NCBI GenBank assembly: GCA_976551045.1
Contig: CDPCPM010000007.1
Span: forward strand, 10,726,001 to 10,790,000
Source: Glaucostegus cemiculus
Taxonomy: Eukaryota
Length of the DNA: 64,000 nt
Reading direction: 5' to 3'
In this document: piece by piece, positions 12,301 through 27,300 of the stretch
Position numbering within the stretch: position 1 is the stretch's first letter
Layout of the letters: each line of letters opens with the position of its first letter
Made by a program: the position numbers and the translations under genes
Notes under the pieces: model-generated
What the model saw: the letters and a program-made list of their open reading frames with translations, nothing else
Database searches by the model: none
What the model was told of the DNA's origin: nothing

Positions 12301-15300
12301 GTTGAACCCACCCCCTACTATTTAGTTTAAAGCCCTATCTACAGCCCTGGTCACGCAATTGGCCAGGACCCTGGTCCCAGCATGGTTCAGGTGGAGCCTG
12401 TCCCATCAGACAACTCCCTCCTTCCCCTATACTGATGCCAATGTCCCACAAATTCATACCCACTTCTCCCACATGAATCTTGGAGCCACACATTTAACTC
12501 TGATTTTATTGACCCTATGCCAATTTGCACGTGGCTCAGGTACAATCCAGAGATTATTACCTTTTTGGTTCTGCTTTTTAATTTAGTCCCTACCTGCTCA
12601 AATTTCTTCAGCAGAACCTCATTCTACCTACGTCATTGGTACTCACATGGCCCACGACAAATGGATCTTTCCATTCCTACTCCAAATTCCTCTGCAGGTC
12701 AGATGAGATGTTCTGAACCCAGGTACCAGGCAGGGAGCCTTCAAGATTTTCAATCCTTGTGACAGAGAATTGTGTCTATTCCCCTGACTGTACGATCCCC
12801 AATTGCAACTACATTTCTCTTCTCTCCCCCCCCTCCTGAATGGCTCCCTAAGCCACGGTTTGGTTGCTCATTCTTCCTACAGCTCCCACTCTCATCCGCA
12901 AAGGGAGGAAGAATCTCAGACCTGTTGGACAAGCTCAAGGGCTAAGGCTCTTGCACTAGCCCTTGGATCCCCCTACCTGCAGCACTCACAGTTACACCCT
13001 CTTGTCCCTGACCACAGACCAAATTTTAAGTAGTTAATCTAATGGGTGTGACTGCCTCGGGAAACACAGCGTCCAGGTAACTCCCCCCCCAACTTCCTGA
13101 TGAATCACCGTGTCTGAAGCTCAGATGCCAGGTCATCAACTTTGAGCCCGAGTTCTTCGGGCAACCAACACTTGCTGCAGATGTGGTCACCAGGAACCAA
13201 AATGGGGTCCACCAGCTCCCATATCATGCAGCTACAACACATCACCTGATCCTGCATTCCCACTTTAATTAGTTGTAATTTGGTGTCTTTTTATTTAACT
13301 ACTACTACTATATAAAAAATAATCCTGCCTGTTCTTACCCATTTCTCACCTGTACCTCCTCGCCAAAGCCTCTGGAGCCAAAATCAGATTCCCATTCCTA
13401 CTCTGGCTCACTCAACAATGGCCACTCCACTTTACCCTACCTTCCTTTTATTGGCTGAGTTGCCACACACACAGCCACTTTCACAACTTCAAACAAAAAA
13501 GCTGCTGGCTCCTCCCCTCTGCTGCTCTGGCTACTGCAAGTGGAGAAAAACTAGAGAAAAATAACATCCCTGAATTCCAATTACTTCTCTGTAAAATCAC
13601 AATCAAATCCATCTATTTATTTATTTATTTGCAGAGTAATTCTATATACCTTACTTTAAAAGGGGAGAAAGGAAACATAACTTACAAAACAAAAAGGTGC
13701 TGCTGAACAACCTCATTATTTTGCAGTGTCACAGAACAATGGAGAAACTGTAATAGCCACATCCTGCTCAATGCTCGATGGCTGATGATTGTTAAACCGA
13801 TAAAAAAGTTGTGATTTCATGACCCCATGTACTACCCTGAAGTTTCACAAGATAAGGATGGCCTCAGTCTGATGAGCTTAGTCCTTAACATAAGAGAGAC
13901 AATTTCATCATATCAACCAAAAAGAGACCTGCCACTCACTCTCTTGGTATTGGTCCACTCATCCTAGTCACTCTCTTGTATCTTAGCAGGGTGACTATAA
14001 TGAATTTAGAAATGAGCATCAACTGCTTAATTGTACATTAAAGATTACTGCAGTTTTCACCTGATTCTAAATGTGCACACACTCCTAGCATGCCACTGAA
14101 TAGCAGAAACCACAGGACCTCTGGCCAATTTTAATGTCCTCCAACCCAAATGAGGATCACCAAAACATTCTACACAAAAAATAGCTAAAAATATGCTTTC
14201 CAGCAATCAGCAATTCCATTGGGAAATGTTAGCAGTTAGATGTTCAGAATCTTTTGGATTTCTGCATACGTGCATTAAAACATGGAAGTCCAACACAAGC
14301 GAATCAGATGCCAGTCCATCTGACCATCTGCTTTGCCACTGAACTCACAACTGACATGCTGGAGGATCAGATGCACTTCACATCTAGCTCCTCTAATTTA
14401 TACCTAGTAATACTGGTGTAGTGGGGTTGCTCATCCTATGGGAAAGCATATGGGTCAGGTACTTATTTTAATTACTACTTTATCTATATTTACTTTATTT
14501 TTTAAGTTACGTAAATCTGTTTGCCTGGTTTTCAAGTATCTCTATTAGAGACATACAAAACTGTTCAAAAGTCTCTGAAGGCCAGCAGGGCAGGACCACA
14601 GTACACTGGCTGAGGTCTAGTCATAAGGCCTCGCTACCCAACTCCAGGATTGGAAAGCTGAGGTCAATTGTACTTATGCAGTCATATTAAGTGAACAGCA
14701 GCGGCACAAAGAATGTGCGGCTGAGTCCAGGCTCGCAGGCTGCTTCCTACAGCAGTTCTAAACTCTAATTTCACCAACAAGAATGAATAGCTTTTGGAAT
14801 CTTCCTTTGCAACATATACAATAAAACTCCACTAATCCACCATTTGAAATGTATGGCAACTGGTCAAACAGGTAATGCTTGTGTACTACCTTTCTACTCA
14901 TCAGAGCCCTGGTTCCCATATTCCCTTCCCATTCACCAGGGCCATGGTTCCCACACTCACTCGTGCCCCAGGTTGTGCGCTCCCTTTCAACTAACCAAGG
15001 TCCTAGTTCTTGTGCTCCTCTTTCCCTCACTCACTTTAAATGCTATTTCTTTACATTAACTTTAAAATTCATTCTCCTTTTAAATATACTGGAGCCCCAG
15101 CTCCTGCATTCCCCTTCCACTCACCAGGGCCCCAGTTCCCAGGCTTCCCTTCAACTCACCAGGGCCATGTTTCCCACACTCCTTTTAAACTGACCAGGGC
15201 CCCATTTCATCAACACTCATTTTAAAAAAAGATTGCTTGAAACAATTTAACCTGTTTTTTTGGTAGTAGAAAACTAGATTCAATAATTTAGATTTATTTT

Positions 15301-18300
15301 ATATGAAATGACAGGTCCAGCTGTCAAAGAGAATTAATTGCTTGTATCTGAACTCCGTATCATGCTTGGAATAGATCCTAATTGTCACTCAAATAGCAGG
15401 TGGTATTTTTAACCATTTATAAATTGACTATTTGGCAACTTTTATAGGACTTAAATTGACTTTATACTTACAGAAACAGCACCATAGCTAGTAACATTGG
15501 AGTGGCATAACACAAAATTGTCCACAACTCCCAGCACAAGTGGATTCCAAAATTCAGCTAGATTGCCAGTGGTAAGCAAGCACTGATGCAACACATCACT
15601 CATAGGGCAGAAGTGGTGAGGAAAAAAAAAGCTATAGCATAGGCCCACACTATATTCTTGAGCAGTCTGCAGCACACATTTTGAAAACCATTGGGTGGCT
15701 GGTTTCAGGCAACGAGAATTACAAAAAGTTGCAGTTGCAAAAGTACTGCCACTGAAATCTTTGAATGCTGCTTATTTTAGATTATAATGTAACTTCACAA
15801 AACCATTTTAAAACTCCTACTGCATTCTCCCTGCTGCACAGACACTTTATTCATAAAATTCCTTACATGCCAGGCAGTTTATTCAATAAATTAAAACCAA
15901 GGCACTGACAAACAGTGTAATTCAGTTAATTCTGAATAGCTTAATTCTGGATAGAGTGTTATTCAATCCAACCTAATTTAAAGAATGTGCAGTTACATTG
16001 TTTACCTATATTCTAATTCAGCAAAGAACTGATAGATTTTGGATTGGGCTGACACAAGAATGGGGGAAAAAATGGTCCAAGGAATTAGTTGAATGTTCTT
16101 AAACCCTCATTACATTCTCAACCTTGGGTTAGGAACATTTACATCAGCAGAATTAAAATGAAATTGAACAAAACATGTAAATCATAGGAATCAAATTACA
16201 TTTAAAATCAGTAAGAGTTTTGCTCAAGTCAAACGCTGCGGATTCAAGCCGCTATCCACGACCAAAGGATATAAAGGTGCCAGACACCAGTGTTATGCTG
16301 ACAGAATGCTGGATTCTCAGAAGTTGCCATAATATGGATATTAAACTGAGATAACATTTTTCTGATCAAGTAGACACAAGAGACTCTCAGAACATGTTGT
16401 TTGAAGAGAATCAGGGAATATTCTGGTGTGATAACACAAAATGCCAGAACTACTGAGCTGGTGAGGCAGCATTAGTGAAGAAAAAAAGAATTAACATTTC
16501 AGGAGAATAGTTTCCCATCAGAACTGACATGTGTTGCTGAATAGGTCATAGTCTGATTGTTAACTTGGTTGCTCTCCATTCAGGCAACCTGACCTGCTGA
16601 GTATTTCCAGTGCTATTATATTTCAGATTTCCAGTATTCACAGTATTTTTGTTTTGTAAAAATTTTACGTGCCAGCATTCATTTCTTGCTTTGTTTCCAT
16701 TTGAGGCTTACAATTTGCCTGCTATATTTGAGTACAAATTACAGCAACAATACTTTAAAAGTTACTACTTGACTTAAAATATTTTGGAGTATGGAGGTCA
16801 TGAAAGGCATTGTGCTCACTGACCTATAAATGACTTCCAGTCCCCCAACACTTCACATTTAAAGTTCTTGTCTTCAAGGTTAAATTCTTGCATGTAGAAT
16901 TAAGATTTCTTGGACACCAACAACATTGGGGATTCTGCTAAAATATTGCCCAATGGCACCCATTTCACCCCCACCAAACCTCACCCCACCAAATATGTCC
17001 TTAAGCATAAAAACAATAAAATGCATGATAAAATAATCCTAAGGGATGCATTCATTAGAAATAGTTAATACAATTTTAAAATTCTTTCATGGACATTGGC
17101 AGAGCTGACAAAAGCAGCATTTATAGACTATATCTAATTACCCTTGAAAAAGTGGTGCTGAGCTGCCTTCATGGACTGCTGCAGTGTGTGTATTGAAGGA
17201 ACTCCTTTAAAAAGGAAATTACAAAACTTTGATCAGAAACTATAAAGGATTATCAATGAGTTACAAAGTATTTGATGACATTGTTGACAACCCCTTCAAT
17301 TACACTCTAGATAATTAAGAGTAAATTCATGAGGCAGTAGATAGCTAGAAGGAGTTGTCCTACTTTTGTGGTCAAGAACTTTTCTATATTGTCAGGTAAA
17401 CATTAGTACTGCAGCTATACTAGAAGCACTATTATTTCTGTAAAATAGATGGTGAGCAACTTGGGAAGAGAAATTTTATCTCCTGCCATTTTCTCCTAGG
17501 TTACAAAGATTATAGGTTTGGAAGTGCTATCAAACAGACCTTGGGAAGCTGCTAATATGCAACTGCATATATTACACATTGGCACTTATCAAGCAGCCTG
17601 CTTTGTCCTTCAGTGTGTTTGAGCTCCACTCATCCAGGCAGGTGGGCAATATTTCACTGAACTGCATAACTTCTGCCTTTTATATATACCAGAATAGGCT
17701 CCAGGGAGTTGAGACTCTACAGATACCAAATTTTTCACCTGCTCTTGTGATTGGTCCCATTTTAAAGTGAAGACCTGCACACCAGAAGTAACTGTACCTC
17801 TAACCAAGCTGTTCCAGTACAGTTAAAACACCATCTCAATGTGGAACATTGTCAAGGTATGTCCAGTTCACAAAAAAAACAGAGTAAAAATCACAAAAAT
17901 GCCAGATGATCATTACATCCATCTCAAAAAAGTCTCATCACCTGCTCTTGATATTCAATGACTTTATCGTCACTGAGTTCCCCACCATATCTCCTAGAAA
18001 TCACCATTAACCAGAAACTGTGCTAGCTACATGAATGACAAGTTAAGCGAGTACATCTGAGGGTGGGTGTCCCATGCTGAGTGACTCACCCTCTGACACC
18101 CCAGGTGCCTTTCACCACATACGAGGTGCAAATCAGGAGTGTGATGGAATACTCGCCTAGATGACCAAAATTCCAACAGTTCTCAAGCAGCCTGATACAA
18201 TCCATGACAAAGCACTCCACTTGATTGGGACCCCACCAACTAATGGTTCACAGTGACTGCTGAGCATAGCATCCATAAAGTGCACTGCAATTACTTGCCT

Positions 18301-21300
18301 CAGCTAAAGATGATAAGTGTTAGCAGTGTTAGATATAAACAGGTCAAACCCTGGACCAAAGACAATAAGCAAGAGATCAGGGTAACAAGGGCCAGGTACC
18401 ACACAGTGATAGTGGGAGGACATCTGCTAGAGACATCGGCTATTGAGAATAACAGCCACATGGAACTGTGTGTGATAATTGCTGCGTTGAGACACAAGGA
18501 AACAGTGAAAAGGCCTCCAGACAGCAAGGCTGATCCATGGGCCGCTCATAGACTACTCCACCTCATGGAATGACCACAGCAGTAATACTTGCAGTAGGTT
18601 GGAAGCTAAGCATCTGCAATAGTGCTGCCATGGAGCTAAGTAAAGGCTAGCTCCAGAGTAATCTGGCTCTCAATGCTTAAAAAAGATAATAGGGAGGTGA
18701 AGTGACATTATGCGTTTGGAATAACGCAATGCCAGTTAAAGGAAAGGGACACACCTACTGGGAAGACAAAAGTAGAATCCATATGGATAAAAAGCTAAAA
18801 GGAAATAAAAGGACCAATCATGTTAAAAGATATAATTTCCAGGCCATCTCACAGGGAAAGAGAGATAAAGGAAAAATATGACACATCAGGGAACTGAGTA
18901 AAAAACAAAATAATGATTTTAGGGGAATTTCAGAACAAGCCAGTAAAGGGGATAAGGAATGAGCATTGACAATGTATACTTGACTTTTTTCAATTTGTGA
19001 ATGGCCAACAGGGAAAGAACATGTCAAATGAATTATAGAGAAGTCAGTTTAACGCTGATGGAAAGAATAATAATGATGTCTGTACTGAAGGACAGAATGG
19101 AAGAATATCAGGAAACTAGAAGTATAATAAATGGTCAGCATGGATTTCAAAGGGAAAGTCTTGTTTGCCCAACCTTACTACATTTGTTGAAGTGATAACA
19201 GGGAAAACGTTCAATGTTAATGGATGCAATGTATCTAAAGTTTCAAAAGACCTTCAATAACATACCACTTTATCAACTAATAAGTGATGGAACAGGTAAT
19301 AGAGTAGTAGGCAGAAAGCAGAAAGTGAGAGTAAGGGTAGCTATGCACATGAGGAAAGGATGGGTAGTTGTGTTCTACATGGATCACCCCTGTTCACAAT
19401 TTACATTAATGATTTAAACTTGGACATCAAAGACTAATTATAAAAGTTTACAGATGATACTACAGAGTGGAATTTAGTTAACAGCAAGAATGACATTAAC
19501 AAAGTTGCTGAATGGAGAAATAATTATCAAATGAAATTCATCAGAACTCACTTTGGTAGGAAGAACAGGGAGGTCACTCGTTACTTGGAAGGGGAAGAGG
19601 AACAAAGGAATTTCAGAGTGTAAATACACCAATCTCTAAGAGTTGCACTACATGTGAACAGGGCCAAAAAATAAAAATCTAAATGCACATTTACTTTGAG
19701 TGGAATACAATTAAGAAAATAGGGAAGTGATGCTAAACCTATATAAAAAATGCTTGGACCACACTTTAAAGTATTGTTCTGATCATCATAATATAAAGAG
19801 CTCAGAGGCACTGGAGAGAGTGCTGAGAAGATTTACAACAATATTACCAGAAATGCTAGGGTATATATATGAAGAAAGGATAAATAATTTGGTCCCCTTT
19901 ACTCTTGGCAGCAGGTTAACCTAACAGAGCACTTTAAAATTATGAACGGTTTTGACAGAGTGAGTATAGAGAGAGAATGCTTCCACATATGGGGAAAGAG
20001 TGTAATTACAGAACATTAAATTTGAGACTGTTACAAATCCAATAGGGAATTCAAAAGAAACCTCTTTCTCCAAAAAGAGATGAGAATGTGGCATTTGTTA
20101 CTCTAGGGAGTGGCTGAAGTGATCAGATGCATTTGAGGCCAGACAAGCATATGAGAGAGAAGGAAAGGGAGGCAAGATGATAGATTTAGATAAAATGTCT
20201 TGGTTATTCAGATAACATCTCCCAAAACCATGACCTCTGTCATCAAGAAGGACAAGGGCTGTAGGTTCATGGGAACAAGATCACTTCTGACTTGGGAACA
20301 ACATTACTGCTGACTTGGAAGCATATCACTATTGCTTCATTACTGTTGTGTCTAAATCCTGTAACTCCCCAGTGAACAAGACTGTGGGAGTGTCTTCAAT
20401 AGAAGGGCTACTGCAGTTCAAGAAGCAGCTCACTACCACTTTCTCAAGCCAGTTAAAGATAGGTCTTAGCAACAAAACCCAAATATAATTAAAAAGCATG
20501 AGTTTTCTTCCCGGATAGAAGATGCCGTCATTTCTTCTGCTGTTCCCATTTACAGTTCTTCGTGAGCTTTACTTGTCTTATCATATCCCAATTTTGCCTT
20601 GCACCTTTGTCATTTAATCACTTACACTTTCCACTCTATGACACGTTCTCTTCCCCCACCCAACTTTTCTTCCTATTCCCTCCCTTGTTGAATTCCTTGC
20701 TGCAAATTTGTATTTCTATCTTCTTCCAGATCTGGAACAGACATCGGCCTAAAGTATAAACTGTTTTTCTCTTCAAAATACTGCCTGGCCTGCTGATTAG
20801 TTTTATTATTGTCTTTTTTTTAATTCCAGTTACACAGAATTACAAGTCAAGAGACAATCTAAATTAAACAGGATAGACAGATAGATCCATAAAGTAGAGA
20901 ATGAGAAAGGGTGACAAAACAGCACAGAGGATCATCTGAGTAACTTGCCTTAGTGGATGAAAAGCAGCATTTCAATTGCCTTAGGATGGAATCTATTGAA
21001 GAGATTCTTGCACACCCTTATTAATGAGAAAGTCAAGCAGAAGTACGTAATGAGATTGGTACCATGTGGATTGCCACATTCCTGGACAACGTGCTTATTC
21101 CTCTAATTACACAGAAACAGGATTTTGTATTCATATGCATGTAAGAACACATTAATTAGGAGCAGGAGTAGACCACTCTCCCCCTCAAGCCTGCTCTTCC
21201 ATTCGATAAAATTATGTTAATCTCATGGCATCCCCACATCTTTTTTCCCGGCAAAATGGACAATTCCATATCTCACATGATGCAGGCAACCCCCATGATA

Positions 21301-24300
21301 CAGGGGCAAGTTCCTAGAAAACTACCTGTATTACGATTTTCTGCAATGCGAACACCCTTTTCCTTTTGAATCCCACATTATAAGCAGAGATACATTCTTA
21401 CGGTATGTTTTCCTCTCATATTAAGTCATTTGATCATTGATGACAAGGTGACCCACCGGCATTATTTAACAGCTGAGGGCAACATTAGACTTGGGGGAGA
21501 TGGACAAGGCTTGTGCGAAAGAAACAACAAATTTTGTCCATTTTTATTTGTAGTCACTCAATACTGTGGGACAATAAGATTTGGATATAATATCACCACC
21601 TTGATTGGGAAGGCAGTCATAGCCAAGTCTCTCCTTTGCCATGTCCTCTCCAACCTGAGGACACGTGAACAAACATCTCAGAGTCTTCATGTGCATGGCA
21701 CTTTCTCTGATGCACAAGGCTTGTGGATTAGGAAGGGTTTATGAAGTGGGGATATCTGGGAAAAGGATGGGATTCAAGGATCAGGATTCATGGGTGAAAC
21801 CTGGATGAGAGAAGGAGTTTGGGGGTGGGGGGTAATGGATTAAAGCACGGCGACTTAGTACAAATGTAGTAAAGGCTGAGGGATTACTTTAAAGACCTGG
21901 TCACGGCTACTGTGTAGTCCCACAATTCATCATATCCCCAACCTGCTGAAGGTTTCCAATATTTCCTGTTTTAATTTAAGATTTCTAACATCTGCAGTTT
22001 ATTTTTGACTTTCACCCATTTATGCCTACTGTTTTCTGTACACAAGCTAATCTTCTATCCAGGCCAATGTTACATCCTACAACTTGAGCCACAATGACCT
22101 TTGATATAGCATCCTATTAAATACTTTATGGAAATCTAACATCCACCAGTTCTCCTTTACCTTCAGTATGTTACTTCTTCAAAACTCCACTAAATTGGTC
22201 AAATCTGATTACCCATTCACATGACCACATTGATTTTGTCTAATTATCTTGAAATTTTCTGCATGATGTGCTATGATGTCTTTAATAATGGCTTCTAACA
22301 TTTTCCCAATGATAGATGTTGAGCTGATTGCTTGTAGTTTCCTGCTTTCTGTCTTGCTCCATTTTGAATAAAGGAGTTATGGTCACAATTTTTCAATCTA
22401 ATAGAACGTCCCCCAAAACCAGTGAATCAGGATCCAGCACATGTCAGTCTACAGTGCCGACAATTTGCTCACTACACTTCCCAAGAATTAGCCGGAGTTC
22501 CCTTCCAATTTTACAGGTATTACAGATATTTCTGGGATATTACTTGTATCCTGTACAGTGAAGACCAATGAAAAAATACCCAATTAATTCAGCAGCCATC
22601 TCCTTATTTTATGTATTATTATTTTTAAAACCAATGGTCACTTAGTTGACCCTTTTATTAAAAAATATCATTAGAAACTCTGTTTTGACATTTTTAGCAA
22701 GCATTGTTTAATACTCTGATTTTTTTTTCTTCCTTACTAACTTATTGGTCAATTTTCGTTTCTATTTATTTTCTGGTCAATCTTCTACCAGCCAACCACC
22801 TTTGCACAACAATATGCTTTTTGCATCGTCTCTGAGTCTCATGCCTGTTACAATATTTGCATAATATCTGCTGATTTAACTTGTCAGAGATACAAGACTA
22901 ATAATGAAAATCACATAATAATTGCCGTGGACTGCTAATCTGTCTCTCAGCCCTAGAAAATGAACAGTTAAAAACATGTGGTGACTCGTTCTTTCAAGTA
23001 ACATACAGATTAGGAAATACTAATATGTAATTTTGTTTTTACTTCTTATTCTATCTCTCTTTTTTCATCAAATCTTTCAACCTCTTTATTTCACTCTCTA
23101 CCAATATAATAGAGTAAGCAAATTCAGTGTTCATCTCAGTTTTTAATGTTCTGAGTCCTTTAATCAATTCATCTTTTGGATTACAGAATTATCCAGTTTG
23201 TCATTTAAGAGCCCAACCATTCATCTAATCACAGGTCCCATTTGGTAATTCTTGTTTTCCTTTTCCCCACCAACTCCCAATCCAGCTCAACATTCCCCAA
23301 CTCGTTACTTGTTTAAACCTTGTTACACCTCTAACTTGAGAGACACAGGAGACTGCAGATGCTGGAATCAGTCCCCTATCCTCACCTCATATTTTGCCTG
23401 GACAATTTACAAACCAATGGCATGAAGGTTGAATTTTCCCAAATTTAGGTATCCCTCCCTTCTGATGGGTTGTTTCCCCCTTCGCCCCAATCCTCCTCCA
23501 GTCCTCCCATTTTTGTCCCCTTTTCCTCAACACCCCAACCCCATCTTTGTCCACCTCCCCCTCCTGGTTCCATCCACCCACTTCATGCATGGTTTGCCCA
23601 CTGGCTCCCCACACCCCACCCCGGACACACCAACTCCCGTCCTACCTGGTTCCATCTGCCATTCACCTCTCCCCTAATGGTTCCCATTATCACCTCTTTT
23701 ACCCATCCCAGTCTAGCACTGGCATCCCTTTGTGTTCCTGCTTACCTTCCTCCAGCAGCTGTCTCCAACCCTCACACTCCCCTCCCCCACCTCGCTCCAT
23801 CACCCTCTCAATATTTTCCCCCTATCTGCCTCCATCTATCATTCACCTACCAATGTCTCCCAACTCCACCCCCTCTCCCTTCCCCTACTTGGCACAATTT
23901 CTCTGTCATCCTACACCCTTCCTCAGTCCACTAATCACCTTGGACTCCTGTCTCACCACTTCCCTTCTCCTCTTTATACTGGCCACCTTGCTTCTCCACT
24001 CGCACTCCTGATGCAGGGTTTCACCCTGAAACGTCAACAATTCCTTTCCTCCCACGGATGCTGCCTGACCTGCCAAGTTCCTGCAGATTGCTTGTTACAC
24101 CTTAAACTTGTTCTAGTTCTGATAAAAGACCTGACTCTTGCTTGTTTCTCTGTTGATCCTAGACATCAGCTGACCATTTCCAGTATTTTGTTTTTATTTG
24201 AAGTCTGAAAGGTTGAGGGATGGTTAAAACCACCAAACTATTAATAAAGTACATACAGAAAATAATTCTTCCATTGAAGAAATCCATAAGTGGACAAAAT

Positions 24301-27300
24301 CTTAGAATTAGTATCAGGTCAACCCAGTTAGGAATGAAATTAGACAATGAGCAGTGGAAATCAGAAATTGCAAACACCTTGCTCCTTTGATCAATTTAAA
24401 TTTTCAAGACAGTTATTTTTCTGATGAACAATTTGAAGGAAGGAGGAATAAGAATAAGTAAATGAAATTGGTTTACAATCAATCATGAACCAAGTTGTGA
24501 AATGGGTTCAATGATGGATTAAATGTATCAGGGCAAGAACGACCAGGCTGAACAATAGCTTCTTTCCGCAAGCCATCAGAACTGCAAACTCTCTCATCCC
24601 TCCATCTTCCTTTGTTAACACTAAGAGATGCTAGGTGCACAGAAATGCACCAGCACTTTAAATGCCCGACACCAGCCCGTTCACTTTAATAACTATTTAT
24701 TTATTCACCGGCCATTTTTAATTTAATCTGCGTAATAATTTAATTTTAACTTCCGTAGCTTTCAATGTCTAATGTTGTAATGTTTATTCTGCCAAGTGTG
24801 TATGTGTGTCTCTGTTGGTTGTTATGTTATGTTATGGGACGAGCACCTGAGGAGGACGGTATCTCGCTCCTATGCATACTATGTATGTATATGGTTGTGA
24901 CAATAAAACTGATTCTGATTCTGATGTGAATGGCCTCTTCCTCCTTCATGACTGAATGATCTAATTCGATAAAGGTACTGACCCACTAACACTGTAAAGT
25001 ATCCTTAGTGCACAGGTGTAAAGATCTAATATTAATGGCCAGGGATGCAGCTCCTCTACAGTTGGAAAAACTCTTTGAAATGTATTGATACTTTAATCGA
25101 CTGAATAATCACTCCACCGAAAGTCATAGTCCAAATAGCAAATTACTTCAACCTTAACTTTCTTATATCTTGTGTTATATGTACATAACAAAATAGCATG
25201 GAACTTACCATAGGAAACATAAGGAGTGGAGAATTAAATTTATCAAAAAGTGCTAGTGCTGTAAACGTCACGTTGGCAGTCAATGATGATCCACTCAAAC
25301 TAGAGTAGATGCTGAAAGTCTAAACACAGAAAGGAAAGAAAATTTTTTTTTAAAACAATCAATAAAGCCTAAAGGTACCCTCCATTCCTTACTGCATGAA
25401 TCAGCCTACAGATTAGTTGAATTCATTTATATGCTTTGAGCTGCATAAATCACTACTAGTTCCACCCCACATCCCTGCCCCCCCCCCAAGTACAATCTGT
25501 ACATTCTTCAAATGTATACACATTAAATGCAACAAGTTAAACTTCTGGTAAATAAATAACATTTGTAATTTTTAAGATCTGCATCGAAAATAATTCAATT
25601 TGACCATATTAAAATACCATAACGGAGATTTAATGTTATTAAAGCAGAGACTATCCAAATTAAATCTGTGCACACATCATGAGCAGAGATAAATTATATA
25701 GCTGATTAAACTGACCACACTAAACTCTTCACTTGTATTTGTTGAAGTCCAAGCTAAAATTAGTAATAGCAAAACAATATTTTAATAGTTATGTTATAAC
25801 ATCGACATATAACTATATGCCAATTGGCACAAATACCATAAAGGTTACAAGGTAATGACAGTTGGTGATACACTTCAAATGGACTCAAAAGGCACATTAT
25901 AACTGAAGATCAGCTAAAGCTATGGCTGCATTTTTTGAGCGCATACCTCAATTAATTTTTACTCTTTGCAAAACTTACTGCTATGACATATAATCAAACT
26001 GACAGATGATAGCCGAAAGAGCAGCATCAAGAATTTTTGCAATTCCAGACATTAACTGGATGGGAATCAATCTAACCTTTAACTCAGATTTTCAAATTAA
26101 TGCCCACAATATCACGAGGCCTTAATCATCACTAAGAATTTTGAACTTTGAAATAAAATGTAATTGGCATAATTTAATGCTCTTGTTCAATGACAGACAA
26201 TGCGAAAAACAGGAGAAACTCCTCTAATTTCTCATTGCCAACTAAATTATCTTCCCATTTTACTTAAAAAATATAGATCAGAAAATATGAACATTTCCAA
26301 CCTTCATATCAATAAAAACAGATATTAGTTTACTGAATTACTCACCACCTGAGGGATTAAAAAAAAGTTAATATTTGATATGCAACCCTTCATCAGAACT
26401 CAAACCTCAATTTAGTTTCTGGTAAACTTGACAATGAAAATATTAACCCAGCTTTTTTCTTTCAAATATTGACCAATATGCTACACATTTTCAGCATGTC
26501 TGTTACAAATGCCTAATTAACGGACACCTTGTACATCTGAACAAGTGTTTGGGACACCAGTGAGATGGATGGGGATGGATTTGCTGGCTGCTGCATTTTC
26601 ATTTCCACTCCCCCAGGGGGCAACAATTAGGGGCCATGTCAAGTGAAGCAGAGCTGGGACAAGAGCAGATTTGCTCACTCACTGCATCACTGAGAGTGGC
26701 TGGCAGCCACTCATCTTGCACCTGCTCACTCTCACTCTTCAAGGTGTTTTTGTGATCCTGTCCCACACACTGCTTTTGTTCTTTGCTGACTTACAAACAG
26801 TTCAGGTTATGAACAGTTTCCAGGAAAGGACTGCCTGTTATTCAATGTTGGATCAGGATCATGGCAGCTTTTGTACAATGCATTGAGATTTGCCATCAAA
26901 ATATTTTGTTTATAAAAAAAAGTAACATTGTCCATCTTCTGATGTCCACTCAACATGACACAGTTAATATTAGCAACTCTAAGTAGTTTGAGGGAAGAAG
27001 AAAAGACTGAATAATATAAATAAATGTAGCTTCACTCTCCAGAGTGCACAATCATTGCAAAGTTAGTGCAGACCTATAAACTACTGTGGTTTAGGTTTTT
27101 GTATTATTTTTATTATCTCAGTTAAGACAGACACAAAGATTAAATCAAAAATGGTGAATGAGATATATCTACCTACCACTATTGTTGCTAAAACTGGTGT
27201 CACTTGGGTGAGGAATACTGCAAAGACAATTTGCAATAAAATAAATTATCCAATTTAGAGACCAAAGAAAGCTTTGTAAAGGACAGAGTTACAAAAGGAA

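Noticed and set aside
10938-12330. Long plus-strand ORFs of 176 and 201 aa
   Set aside because: Antisense shadows of the minus-strand CR1 ORF2.
21280-21400. Possible Tc1/mariner-type MITE end (caggcaacccccatgatacagggg)
   Set aside because: I could not find a matching second terminal repeat.
23387-24208. Overlapping Pro/Ser/Leu-rich ORFs (similar ones at 43589-44023 and 59274-59822)
   Set aside because: Artefacts of the pyrimidine-rich, stop-poor body of Penelope-like remnants.
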